Of a DNA stretch of 64,000 bases, positions 25,823 to 38,545 are shown piece after piece. A program made the translations under genes and the position numbers. Origin of the DNA: Vicugna vicugna (lineage: Eukaryota); contig MU058221.1 in the NCBI GenBank assembly GCA_013265495.1, positions 3,410,001 to 3,474,000 of the forward strand. Direction: 5' to 3'. The notes under the pieces were generated by a model. The model did no database searches and was not told the origin of the DNA. It worked only from the letters and a program-made list of their open reading frames with translations. How positions within the stretch are numbered: position 1 is the first letter of the stretch; every line of letters begins with the position of its first letter.

Positions 25823-27473
25823 AAAAAGGTGAACACCTTATAATTTTATTTATATAAAATTCTTTAAAAATACAAACTAATCTGTATAACAGAAAGAAGG
25901 TCAATGGTTGCTTGGAGAGTCTGAGAGACGGAAGGGAGAGAGAAAAGAGCAGGAAGAAACTTTTAGGTGATTGATTTGTTCAGTGCTCTGCTTTGTGGCA
26001 GTGACTAAAACTCATCAAATTGTTCAGCTCAAGTATGTTTAGCATATTGTATGTCAGCTGTACCTGAATAAATCTTCACAAAGGTTGATCTCTTCTACTC
26101 AAAAAATTGTAATGAAAATTGGTTCTCTGGCTCCGCATATCTGCATACTACTTTAGATTGCATTTTCCTTTGTGCCCTTCACAGAGTCACTACCTTAATC
26201 CTATGATAATCCACTGGGGATAGATGTGGAGGTTGGAGGTGAGCATAATTATCATTTATGAAGGAAACGAAGTGCTGGGGGATGTAGTGGACCACATGGA
26301 TACACAAAACAAGCGTCTGGCAGAGAGGGTGACTCTCATAAGCTAAATGTGTGGGAGGAAAGACATTCAGCCTGTTTGATGTTCTGGATCAGATCAGAAC
26401 ATATGGACGGAAGTAATTCTTTGCCAGCTCCACCACTCACTTGTGGCATCTGTCACTGACCACTGATGGACAAGAACTCAAATCATATGGCTCGTCTGTC
26501 ACGCTGGGATGACAGTCCAAATTTGTCACTTAAAAAAAAATTGTTGGTCTGGCAGATTCACAGGAAAGCCTCTGTTTGCAGGGATACTGGTATTAAAAAA
26601 TGAATGGTAACATCATACATATGCAGAGCATGCTTAATACTATACAAAATGAAAATGCTTTCCCTACCCAACTCGGGTTCATAGAGGTTAAAGACTGGGT
26701 TCTGGCTTTAAGTCCTGAAGAAATTTGGTTATCTAAGCTGGTAGCAATTGAATATGGACAGAAAGGATTAATATTTGGCCGAACTTCTAGCCAAATGCAA
26801 TATCCTACCTCACTTGAATTGCTTCCCTACATAGGAAGTTAGAGTTTTAGAATTTAGAGGTTTAATCAGAGTGGGAGTAGACTATTGAGGAGGCTTGAAA
26901 GAACCAGGCGACACAGAGGACAGAAGTACCCACCAAGCCGAGTTTCAGTTAGCAGTCTGTCCAGCACACAAGCGCTGCTTTGTAAGGACTCCCCACACGC
27001 AGCTCGGTCCTAGGTGGGGCACTGATTTTGGAAAGCCGTGTTAGTATTAGGTGACTTTCTTTTCTAACCACCGATGGTTGTGCCCCAGTGGTAGATACAT
27101 GACCCAGACTGAGGAAGGGCTGCGTTTTCCTGAACTCCGTATGCCCATCTGGTCGCGGTGCCTGAGTACCATCCAGCAACACGAAGGGAACTATAGGTTT
27201 ATGTTTCAGGAGATGAGAATAAGACCCTTTCAGGGACCCCTTGTGGCCAACAGATGTAATTCTCTAGGCAGAGAGACAGATAACAGAGATGGAGATGGAG
27301 ATCTGTCTATGTATATATGCAGGTCTAGAGAAACCAATTTTTATTACTATTTTTAGAGTGGAAGAAATTCACCTTTAAAAAATTTATTCAGATGAAATTG
27401 ACATACAATGTGTTAAATATATTTGATATACATACATACTCATATACACTTAAGTACATGTATATACCTATTT

Positions 27474-27515
27474 GTGTGTGTGTATATATGTGTGTGTGTG
27501 TGTATATACACACAC
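27474..27515. repeat. (TG)n/(TA)n/(CA)n microsatellite
   Basis: tgtgtgtgtgtatatatgtgtgtgtgtgtgtatatacacacacac. Confidence 0.9.
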
Positions 27516-27654
27516 ACTTACTTTACTGCAAAGTCTGTCTGTTTGTTTATCAAGAGTGGAGCTGGACATCACCCTCATTCACCTTAGGACCTTTCTGTAT
27601 TTTTACCTCTTGGCTTCCATGATATTTTATTTTCATAATTGTTAGCATTTGGCA

Positions 27655-27903
27655 AAGCCCCTAGAATGTACATTATCAAGAGTGAACCCTAAACTATGGA
27701 CTTTGGTTGATAATTTGTGTTTGTGTTAGTTCATCGATTGTACCAAATATGATGCACTGATGAGGGATGCTGAGGGTAGAGGAGTGTACATGTGTGAGTG
27801 GGGAGGGCTATGTGGCAACTCTCTGTGTTTCCTGCTCGATTCTGCTGTGAACCTGAAACTGCTCTAAAAAAAATAAAGTCTATTAGTAAAACAAAAAAAA
27901 AAA
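27655..27903 (+). mobile_element. L1MC1-like 3' end
   Basis: aaactatggactttgg...ctgtgaacctgaaactgctctaaaaaaaataaagtctatt plus A tail. Confidence 0.85.
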
Positions 27904-30900
27904 TTGGGGATAAATTAAACTATTTGTAAACTACATGGACTGGATTTTGTTTCTTGGAACTAAGCTTTTAGATTAAGACAAGATTGTTTTGACATTTAAA
28001 TGCCATAATAATTTACAGTCTTAAGAAACACAGTTTGGGTCCACATACACCATCTGTGACAGATGGCTGGTAATTTCTTCTTCAGCATTCCTGGGACCTA
28101 AAATCTAAAGATATGAAGCCATGACATCAAGAATCAGTGTGTTCAGATAATGCAGCGCATTTGTATTGCTACAAATACTTTTTATTTTGAGTTGAAATTT
28201 ATCTCTGTATAAATTTTACCCATCAGTCTTACTCATAATTCCCTTGGAATAGCACAGAATATAGCAGAGGTTAAATAACGCTTTAGACTCTGGCTCAGAT
28301 CGCAGGTCATCCATTTCCTGGTGTTTTTGACCTTGGACATGATATTGAACTTTGCTCTTCTTCAGTTTCCAGGTTGTCGTGGTGATTAGAAGACACACGG
28401 TAGGTGATTTTTTTTGGCTCAGTCTGTCTCCTGAGTTGCAGGAAATCCCTCTGCTTCAGATCGAGTATCAGAAGTGTTTTGTTGTTATTGCTGTCTTGGT
28501 AGAAACTGTTGTTTTAATAACTAGAATTTGATAGCTAGCCTGTAAAAAAACAACCCTGTTTTTCATTCCTCAAGCGAAGCTGGGAATCTTCAGGTTATGT
28601 TTGGAGTTCTTGATTTGTGCCTCCAGAAGCAGATGCCCCGTATAAAACAGCTTGGACTTGTTTGTCCAGGGTGATGGGAAGAATGTGAGCCCAGATGGCT
28701 TTGAGTTTGAAACCGGCAGTCCCTTCCCTTCCCCACTGTGGGACTTCTCCTACCTCTGCTGGTCCTGCTCTGGGGTTTCAGCGGGACACTTGTTAAGAGG
28801 AAGGGGATGCAGACTGGATAAACTCAGGAACACGTTCACAGCCGGAGGAGGGTTTATCTGACTGCCCTTCTAGGTTGACCTCCAGCCTCCCGGTCCCTCG
28901 GCACGTACCGGGCAGTCGTGAAGAATCTGGCAGATGTGTGACTGAACGACTCAATGCAAGTCAGAGGTTCAAGGCAGCGCAAAGATCATTTCTGATCAAG
29001 AAGTAAGCCTGTGGCAAGAACTGCTTTTGAATTTTGATTATAATTGTTTGCTGTCTGTTTAGATTAATATGAAGCCTCTTCTTCTGAGAAGCAAAGAAAT
29101 AACCGGAATATTGTCGAGTCTGCCTGTAAAGCAGACCAGTCGGCGCAGTTCACCATCAGGACCCTCAGAAGTCTTACCGTGCTTATGCCCACCCTCAACT
29201 CCGTAAAGAAAGCCCACTGTTACTAAGCAGAAATGTCACTAAGGATTGCATTCAAAGTGTTTCTCATCGGTTTTCTGCTGCCATGAGGAGGTCTGCGTGA
29301 TTTTTCAACAACTCGATTCCACAATCCTGCTTGCTTTGTCTTGGCCAAACATCCGCATGTTTGTTTCAACTACATTCAGTTTTAGTCCACGTATTCTGCT
29401 GGGTACTGTATAGTTCCTGACTATCACAGGAAAATGTTACCACGGGAAAGAGATTCTCCCAACTTGAAGTACATCTCAAGATTTATCATCCTATAAGCAA
29501 GTAGTAAATTCTGTGCATAGAATCCCCTTGACATGAAAGAGGTGGTTAATTATCTTTAAATCTGTTAACCACATCTGCTCCATTCTTTACTAAATGTAAC
29601 AACCAGTGTGTTCCATTTACCTCACCTAGATAGCTGTTTCGCATTTTTTTGTGTGCGTGTGGGACGTAAAATGGATAATGTGCAATGAAATCGTGCTTAC
29701 CAGAACTTCAGCCACATAGCACACCGGATGCATTGTTATACAGGAGTTTAATCGAAGCAGTTTGAAGTTTCATTCACTTCACTGCCTTCCCATCCAGGTT
29801 CTGGGCTTTAAAAAAAATCTTACTGTGTCAGCGAAAGATGACTGCTCTGGTAATTCACAGCATGATCACAAGTGGATGAAATTTGATGAGGTCACTTATG
29901 TCATGCTTGGCCATCCCTGAGGCTGGTGTATGGATATTTGGGCATTACTGGGCCTTTGTGTACTTGTTAGAATAGAGCTCTCCAGTGCTCCAAACTTTCC
30001 AATAATCTTTATTTATATAATTAAGTTCACCTGCTCCTTTTCTAAAGGTCAGCCTTCTATTGGTTCAAGAAATCTGTACCAGCCGTCATCTTAACCTGAC
30101 CTTAGGTTGTGTGTAACAGTGTTCTGTGTGTTCTGGTATCATGTTCACTATCTGAATTCCTAACACGTCAGATGCTGGATATAGAGCATTGACTGGACAG
30201 ATGAAGTAAACAATTGTCATCATGGCACTTACATCCCATGTTATTATACATCACAGAATAATATCCAGGGATCCCTTAAGTTTTCAGAAAAGCAGTCAAG
30301 ACATATGGAAGCAGAGAAAGCACCAGACATTCACATGAGCTGGAACCAAGACCCCATATGGTATGTGCAGAGCTGTGACGTTCAGAGGTGAATCACAGTA
30401 CATTCATCTGTGTTATTTTTTCACGTATTCATTCACTTAATATCTTTATCAACAATGCTATACCAGAAATGTTGCTAGGAGCTGCAATTTTTTTTTAAAT
30501 ATATTGTTTCTTGTTGACACTGAGAGAAAAGTAGGAGAACCTGTGAACTTCATCATGAAGATATTTACTGAAGTGTGGTTGATTTACAATGTTGTGTTAG
30601 TTTTAAGTGTACGGCAAAGTCATTCATGTATGCCTGCTATATTTCAATAAAAGACATTAAAACAATTGTCCATTATGCTATCCTTCCAAATCCATTCCCA
30701 CCCTTCAAAGTGTCTAATCATACCACTTCTCCAGTCTCCAGGGAACAGAAACTTCACACTAGCGCTGTTTTTTTTCAGTCATGGGGCTCTGTATAGTCAG
30801 GTGTATAATCAGCCTTTTGTTAAATACTTTGAAAATCTCTAAGCCAAAACAAAAGAATAACCCATACAAATAAAAGATCTTTAAAAAGAATGACGTTTCT

Positions 30901-31359
30901 ATTCAAATGCATGTTATCCCATTCTGCGTGTTCTCTCAACCTCACACCTTTCTTTTATCTAAAACTCAAAGTCTGAAATTAGCACCCAACATTTGTGGTT
31001 ATTTTCGGCGGCACCACTTCATCTACTGGATTAAGTCTGACAGCGATGCCTTCCCCATCTGCGGCAGGATGCTGTGAATGACAGGTGCTAGTGGACAGAT
31101 GACTTCATCAGAGAGACAGCACGCATAACTAGCAACCATGTTCCAAATGTAGTCCAAAAGAATAAGCCTTCAGTAGCAACACCTGTAATGTTCACGTTTG
31201 ACTTCTTGGGGGCCTTAATTTAATAGGCTTTTAGCTGTTCAGAGAAAAAGAGTACTTAAAACTTTTTAAGAATAAATAAAAAGCCCATTAACGCCAAATT
31301 CTTCACTTCCCACATTTTAATCACTAATTGTTCTTACTGGGAGTACAGCTGAACGGTGA

Positions 31360-31896
31360 TGTGACCAAGCGCAAACCGGCTCTGCTCATTGCACAACGGG
31401 GCAATAAATCGGGAAACCGAGGTGTTGGGGCAAGAAATAGCGACTTTATTCAGAAAGCCAGCAAACCAAGAAGATGGCAGACTCATGTCCTGGAGAACCA
31501 TCTTCCCCAAGTCAGAATTCAGGCTCCTTTTATACTAAAAAGGGGAGGGGTGTGGTTGGTTGGTGCAAACATCTTGGTGTAGGAATTCTTTGTTCTTGGA
31601 ATCCTTTGTGCTTGCAGCTGTCCACGTGGGTCAGGTCATGGTGCCTCTGTGAAACCTCTAACAAAACAAATGTTATTTGCTATTCTGCAGCTTGTTGTCT
31701 TTTCGTGAGTGCAAAAGTGTTAATACCCTTAAAGGGCAGAGCCTTGAGAATAAGCTCTCCTATATATTTCAGGCTAAAGGCAGCATTGTTTTACAGAAGG
31801 TGTGGAGCTAGGAAGACCAAGCCTAGAAAACAGGGCACAGGGTTAAAGCCAAAGGAACATGTCTCATGTGGAGTCAGGTTTGTCCTTTTCTTTATG
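31360..31896 (-). mobile_element. Solo ERV1-type LTR, copy A
   Basis: Paralogous to 34320-34796; antisense AATAAA (tttatt 31445-31450) and TATA (ttttata); flanks gtga/ggga. Confidence 0.85.
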
Positions 31897-32214
31897 GGGA
31901 CTCCAGTTGCATTAATTAGGTGAATGTAAGAGACCCTGACTCAGGCCCTTGAAGAAGACTTCCCAGGTCCATGCTGTTCTGACCATTTCTTTGCTCTGTC
32001 CCCTGCGAAACCCCTTATTTATGTGTCATTCTCCCATTCCTGTTTCCCAGACAGCAGGTGTATAACGTATTAAATAGCAGGGAAACTATCGTTTTATCTC
32101 AAATCTGTTCCATCCAAGAGTCAACTACAGTTTTTTCCCACACACAAAGGATCCTGCTAAATGTCTGAGGGAAGAAACAAAGGTCAGCTTTGAGTTGGGG
32201 GAACATGTTGTTGA

Positions 32215-32570
32215 AACAACATATTTATTGTTAATCATTCATTATGTAAGTGAGGCAGAGAGTATGAAGATTCAGAAGACAAAGTTTGTGCCCTCGAGAA
32301 ATGTGGAACCTGCCAAGGGACAGATTCAAAATATGTCCCAGGCCATAAGCCATTTTAAATGGCATTAGCAAGAAACCAGCTACCTTGGCGAGGCACAGAG
32401 GAGGGCAGTCATGTTGGGTAGAGGCATTGGTAGTGGTTTCAGCGAAGGGCTGATAGCTGAGATGAGCTTTCAAGGATGGATAGAATTCTGAGATGTGGTT
32501 AGAAGTGATAAGTAGACCTTCCAGGTGGGAGGGAGGGGACTGAGCCGAAGCAAGAAGACTGAGAGTGCTA
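32215..32570 (-). mobile_element. L2 remnant
   Basis: aacaacatatttattg...gacaaagtttgtgccctcgag...gctgagatgagctttcaaggatg. Confidence 0.55.
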
Positions 32571-33379
32571 AAAATGCCTCAGTGTAAAGGTTTTTTGTAC
32601 TTTATACTTTTGAGTCATGTTCTTTCAAAATGATTGGATCTAATAACCATATGGATATAGACAACCATGCGGAAGGTGATGATTCAGCTAGGCCCAAGGA
32701 TGTCCAGGGCAGCCTCTGGTTGGGAGGGAAAAATAATGAGTAGTTTGGGCAGGACTGGAACAAAAATTAGTCAGCGGTACATTTACGTGTGAAGGACAGT
32801 TACCATTATCATCATCATTTCTTAATGTAATATTGTAAATTGTTACCGATGAGTCCTGCTGCCTGTCTGGCATTTTACTAGGCTCTCAGATATAAAGGGA
32901 TAAAGAGGCAGAGTGCCTGGCCTTAAAGAATTTTTCACCGTATCAAGGAGACATGACTAGCTAAAGAAATCAATATCAAAGTAGAAACTCATGTCTAAGG
33001 CCGTTTACTGCATTATTGATATTTAAATAAGCACTTTAGTTTTTCAGAACTCTTCTGCATGTATCATCCCATTTAATGTTATTAAAGCCATGTAGAAAGA
33101 GCAAGAATTGCCAATCCAGTTTGTCCTGTGGGAGAAAGGGTTCTGACAAGGGAGTGGGCTAACAGAGTGCATTCCTGAGAACTGAGGCAACGTGGTGTGA
33201 TCTGGGAACCAGGGCCTTTGGGAAATCACTGGAAGATTTCCAGACTTATCTCTAACCAATGAAACTTGATGGTATGCATTGACTAAATTGACTTAAGTGA
33301 ATAAAATTTGGGAAGGCCATTTCAGAGCAAGAGAAATTGAAGACAGGGTAAGTTGTGATAACTAAACAATGCTCTAAGA

Positions 33380-33673
33380 CAGGGGCTGGCAACCTAAGCA
33401 TTTTTTGGTTTTGTTTGTTTATTTCCATTTTTAAATGATTGGAAAAGATCCAAAGGAGAATAATATTTTGTGACACATTAAACTCAGGTGAAATTTAAAT
33501 GTCAGCATCCATAAATAAAATTTTATCAGAACACAATCACATTCAGAATTTATGTACCGTCTATGGTGGCTTTCACATTACAATGGCAAATTGAGTTGCA
33601 GTGCCAGAGGCCATGTGGCTCACAAAGTTTAAAATACTATCTGGCCTTTTACAGAAAAAGTTTGCCAACCCTG
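33380..33673 (+). mobile_element. MER58B-like hAT DNA transposon
   Basis: TIRs caggggctggcaac / tttgccaaccctg; ctatctggccttttacagaaaaagtttgcc; flanks ctctaaga/atctaaag. Confidence 0.85.
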
Positions 33674-33789
33674 ATCTAAAGCAGAAATAGATGCCAGCAT
33701 CTTGTCAGTGACTGTCTGGCCTCACACAGTGCAGGGGAGAAGCTATTAAAAATGTCTGGTGTCCAAAGTGATAGGACAGGAATGGAGAG

Positions 33790-34178
33790 TGTCTCAGTCT
33801 GCTCCAGCTGCATAACAAAATACCATAGATGGGATGGCTGAAAGGACAGAACTTTTATTTTCTCACAGTTCTAGAAGCTGGAAGTCCAAGATCAGAGTGC
33901 TGGCAGGGTTGTTTCAGGCGAGGCCTCTGCTCCTGGCTGGCTGAGAGACAAGTCTCGCCCTGTGTCCTCCCTTTTCTCTGTGTGCTCAGAAGAAAGAGAT
34001 CTCTGTAGTGTCTTCCTCTTCTGATAAGGACAGCAGTCCCATCAAGTCAGGGCCCCACCCTTGTGGCCTCATTTCATCTTAATTAGCTCCACTGACCTTG
34101 TCTCTACAAATACAGTCATATTAGGGGTTAGAGACTGAGTATGTAAATTGGGGGGAGGTGGGGATTCCGTCCGTAACA
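33790..34178 (-). mobile_element. MLT1A/B-like solo MaLR LTR
   Basis: tgtctcagtc...ctcacagttctagaagctggaagtccaagatcag...ccgtaaca; flanks gagag/gggag. Confidence 0.85.
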
Positions 34179-34237
34179 GGGAGGAGGTGGGACAGGGCAC
34201 ATCCAGTTCAGCTCACATTTTCACTTTGAAGTCTTTT

Positions 34238-34268
34238 AATAATAATAATAATAATAATAGTAATAATA
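34238..34268. repeat. (AAT)n microsatellite
   Basis: aataataataataataataatagtaataata. Confidence 0.9.
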
Positions 34269-34319
34269 GAAGTTAATTCACGTCCTTAATATGCATCATC
34301 TGCTTTTCCTCCCAACAAG

Positions 34320-34796
34320 CGTTACTCAGTCCAAACCTGTTCTGCTTGCCGCATGACAGGCCAATGAATCGAGAGACAAGGTGTTGGGGCGAGGAATGAC
34401 GACTTTATCCGGAAAGCTCACCTGCCGAGAAGATGGCAGACTAACATCCTGCAGAAGCATCTTCCCCCAAGTCACAATTCAGGCTCCTTTTATTCTAAAA
34501 AGGGGAGGGGTGTTGTTGGTTGTTGCAAACTCCTTGGTGTCGGAGGTCCTGCAGACTTCCAAGGAACAAATGTTATTTTCCATTCTGCAGCTTTTTATCT
34601 TGATGTGAATGGGAAGGTGTTACACCCTTGAAGGTCAGAGCCTTGAGAATAGGGTACCCTATGTATTTCGGGCTGCAGACAACACTGTTTTACAGAAGGA
34701 GCAGAACCAGCAAGACTCAGCACGGGGGAAACAGCACAGGGCTAAAGTCAAAGGAACGGAGCTCATATGCAGTCAGATTTGTCCTTCTCTATTACA
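34320..34796 (-). mobile_element. Solo ERV1-type LTR, copy B, inserted in a MIR
   Basis: Paralogous to 31360-31896 but with an internal deletion; ends ...attaCA; flanks caag/catg; MIR sequence continues on both sides. Confidence 0.85.
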
Positions 34797-35559
34797 CATG
34801 TACTCTTTCTGTTTTCAGATGTGGAGACAGACAGACAGAGACGTTAATTACATGCCTGATGTCCCAGGACAGCACCTGAGTGACCCTGGCCGTGAGCCCA
34901 GGCCGTCTGACCCTGGGTTAATGCTCAGCCGTTTGCCTTTCGCGTCTGAGGGTGTTGTTTATGGTTCTGTCTATACCTCCCAGTCTGGGAGGTGATTACG
35001 TGCCAATCAGGCAAACAGGGTTCATTTCCTGTTCCCTTTCTTCCTAATAGGTAGCCTTGGGCTTGTCTTTTACTTCAAAACAAGAGGGGCCCAATTTGGC
35101 TTTTTCTTTCCTTTAAGTCAAGGGAGTCCTGTTAACTCCCACTGGTTATTTTGAAACGAGGAGAGGAGGCAATGCCGTGTAGCAGAAGAGCTGTGACATG
35201 GAAGTGACCAGCCTGTATGGTGGAAGTGAAGAAGGGGGCAGTTTGATTTGAGATATTTCACTAATGATGTTTACTGCTTGTCCTCAATAACCCATCTTAA
35301 AATTTGATTTAAAGAAATGGTGGATTAAATGTCTTAGTAGCGAGTCGCCGAAACTAGTAAGAAGGAGAAGCGCTAACTCTTTCATGGAGTACTTTCAGTT
35401 CCTAATGAAAAAATTATTCACCTAAGTCGGGGAAAAGTTCCGACTATGAGATTGCAAGTGTAAATAAGATAAAGGGGAAGGGAAGTTTTGTAGATAACAG
35501 TGATCTTGCCGAAAATCCAGGAATGACAGAATGGAATGACTCTGTGTATAAAATAGTGA

Positions 35560-36141
35560 TGTGAAGAGGGAATGTTGCCTGCCGCTCCAGTGAACAACAA
35601 ATGTTTCCGTCCATCAAGCCATCAGCCACCCCCCCCCCAGCCCAGTACACCCTGATGGTATCTCAGGATGGAGAAAAACAGGACACATTCTGTGCTCTGG
35701 ATACTGGCCCTAGATCGTTAAAAATGCACGTGTAAGGAATGACTTCATTTGTGTCTTTTTTTTTTTTTTTTTGATTCCGCATAGGAGTGATGTAATATGA
35801 TAGTTTTCTTTCTTTTTCTAACTTCCTTCACTTAGAATGACGATCTTCATGCCCATCCATGAGGAATGATTTCAATGATTTGCATCTTCGCAGAATTGCA
35901 AAAGCACTAAAATCATTGACTTGAGATGTCTCGTTTTTGTGATTAGCAGTAATCGTTTGATGTTCAATTATACATTGGTTGTTTTTCTTTTTACCCCTAG
36001 CAAAAATTCTTCTATATCCTGGCTCCTCTCCCACCCTCGGAGCTCTCTGGGAGGCTGTCTCCTGGGCTGTGGTCCTCAGTAAGGTGCCCAAATGAAACGT
36101 AACTCACAACTTTTAGGTTGTGCGTTTTCCTTCATTCGACA
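35560..36141 (+). mobile_element. Solo ERV1 LTR (MER41-like), interrupted by an L1 fragment
   Basis: TGTGAAG...CGACA termini; gaggctgtctcctgggct...aactcacaacttttaggttgtgc U5-like end; flanks gtga/gtta. Confidence 0.75.
35748..35861 (-). mobile_element. Tailless L1 fragment (ORF2 end plus start of 3' UTR) with TSD
   Basis: Homologous to 50735-50838 and 25125-25215; TSD aggaatgacttca (35735-35747) / aggaatgatttca (35862-35874). Confidence 0.88.
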
Positions 36142-37659
36142 GTTATAATGTAAACAAACAAAAAAGCTAAAACTCATTCTGGAAAATTCTAGAGCAGTAA
36201 TTCATAATAAATAAGTTATTTTTTTTTTCGCAAATGGAGATAACTTCTCTCCACTTTTTCACTCTGCGAAGAACTGGAGTTCCTGCTAGGTGTCTGATGC
36301 ATTCTTTTTGAAGTTTTAAGAGAAATCATCCTCTTTTTAGAGTTTACAAGAAATGTGAAGTGAAATCAGCTCACCGTCTCTACACTCAGTTCAGACATCC
36401 TGGTCCAAATTCTAAGTCAGTTCATTTATTTTTATGAGCCAAAGACATTGTACAGATTTTAACCTATAAAACATCCATTTGATGTCAGGAAGCACAGGTG
36501 GAGAACTACAGCTGTATTTTACTATTTTGAAATTGGCTCAACAAGACAAACACAATTTTTATTAAACAATATTTGTGGAGATTTTTCAGAAAATTTCCAT
36601 GGGTTTTAAAAAACATTTCAGTAAGATCTACCTCATTTTGTGCAATTTACATTAAAAAAAATCTAAGATTTCTAAGTGGTCTTTTAAAATGTTTATGTAT
36701 ATCTGTGTATTCCATGTCACTAGGGGCTTAATATGTATTAATTTATCCAATTAGTTGGGCTCCAAACCATTGTTAACCTTAATGGACTTGGAAAATGGAA
36801 ATATTAATGGAAAAGGGGAATATATTGGTTGAAATGCTTTTAGTTGCCAGTAAAAGAGATTATAACTCCAAACGGGTTAAGCAACAAAGAGAATTTGTTG
36901 GTCACTGAAATAATAGAGTTGGAATCGGGCTGGCTTTCCTCTGATGGCTGGCTTCCCAGGTGGTGGTATTTTGCAGGATCTGTCTATGCACGTTACCAGG
37001 CCAGGAGAGAGAGACAGAGAGACAGAGGCAGAGAGAGAAAGAAGGAGAGAGATCTCTTCCCACAGCTCCTGACAATACCGTGCAGGTCTGCGCTCTGCTC
37101 TGATCCCTGCCTGTGGCCGGGGAACGTCCAGTTACACCCACCTCTGAACCAGGCTCAGTGTAAAGGAGATGAAGTGATTCGACTGGCCTAGCAGATCAGA
37201 ATTCCTGCAGAACGGAGCGGGTGTGAAGACTGGAATACGGAAGAAGGGACCTGAGAGAAGACACAAGGAGAGGCAGGGGAGCAGGGCCCTGGAGAAATGG
37301 AAGATGTGTCCTGGTCCTGGTCTCTGGGCTGGAGGCACGGGGACCCTGAAAGACTGAACGGCTCTGAAAAGCAAGCACGTTTGCTTTTCATGTTAGTTGT
37401 GCTCATGACGAGGTCCCATTTGGCACTGAAACTCACGGGCAGCCCGGTATGTGCATCTGTCTTGAAATCACAACCCTGAGACGGTTGCACTTATTTTTAA
37501 TGTGATAGGAGCAGGTGCATCTTACCGTAAACCAAACTGTTACGAAACAAAAAAACCCTCATTTTCATAAAAGGCTGTTAAAGGGTGACTTTTTAGTTTG
37601 GAAATGATGTTCGCCTAATGAAACAGTCACCATTACAGTTCTGAAGAATTAGGTTTATG

Positions 37660-38545
37660 GTTAATAATGATAGCTGGCGTTCGCTGAGTGCTTAGTATGT
37701 CCAAGCCTATAGTATTTTATACGTATTAGCGTTCCTTTATTTTACGAAGCTATTGCATTTGTTTTTTATTTAAGTTATTTTTTATTGACGCCTAGTCAGT
37801 TACAGGATGTCCATTTCTGGTGTGTTAGTGTTCGTAATCCTCACAGCCGTCTGATGAAATGGGTACCTCTGTTGTGTCTCTCTGTTTGTTTTAGGTGTTT
37901 TGAGGGATGACTTACAAAATCACTCTTTGTTAATGCGCAGTCCTGTGAACTTAGGTAAATACATAAATTATAGGATCACATTTCAGCCAACAGTTCTGTT
38001 ACCCCCAAAACGTTCCTCTTGCCATTTTGGAATCAATACCCTCTCCTCGCCCACAGCGCGTGATAGCCGCTGACTTGTATCGTGCCCTTATGCTTCTGCC
38101 TTCCCGTAATATCATGCGAAGGAGATACACAACCTTTAATTGTGTCTTTTTTTTTAATTTTGCATAATGCAGTCAAGATTCATCCATGCTGTTGCAAATG
38201 TCCGTTCCTTTTTATTCTTGATGGTGCTGTGTTATATGCAGGTACCACAGTTTGTCCACTCACAAGTTAATGGGCTCTGGTTGTTTTTTGGTGATTACAA
38301 ATAAACATACAGTCAGTATCCACGTCAGATTTCTTTTTGTACAGATACATGTTGCCAAGACACATGCTTCCATTTCTGTCGCAGTACTACCTAGGAGTGA
38401 AATTGCTGGGTTAAATCAGAGGCGTCTGCTTCTTTTAAGAATATGGAACTGAGCGATTAATTGGTGAAGTAACTAGCCTAGTTTCATAGAGTCATTAGCA
38501 GATCTCAGATTTGAACAAAAGCAATCTAACCCAAGATTACATGGT
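37660..38545 (-). mobile_element. MIR split by an old L1 3' fragment (~37885-38430) and a short young L1 tip (~37770-37825)
   Basis: MIR halves gctgagtgcttagtatgtcc...taatcctcacagc and ggaactgag...aagtaactagcc...gatttgaac flank antisense L1 sequence (agattcatccatgctgttgc, cctaggagtgaaattgctggg). Confidence 0.65.

Larger units (their letters stand above)
21860..26075 (+). mobile_element. Old L1 (L1M-type), ORF2 to 3' end, host to several nested insertions
   Basis: aaaaccaagagctgattgtttgagaagatcaataaaatt, ccagactcggatggcttcactgg, ttcctaagatcaggaacaagac; 3' end ...tcagctgtacctgaataaa. Confidence 0.88.

Noticed and set aside
18890..26075. Single twin-primed (5'-inverted) L1
   Set aside because: The minus and plus segments both contain the same ORF2 region (e.g. 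the KTKSWFFEKIN-coding block at ~20480-20515 and ~21900-21940), so they are two separate elements.
31360..34796. Intact or deleted provirus between paired LTRs
   Set aside because: The spacer consists of older host repeats, no gag/pol/env or PBS is seen, and each LTR has its own flanking duplication.
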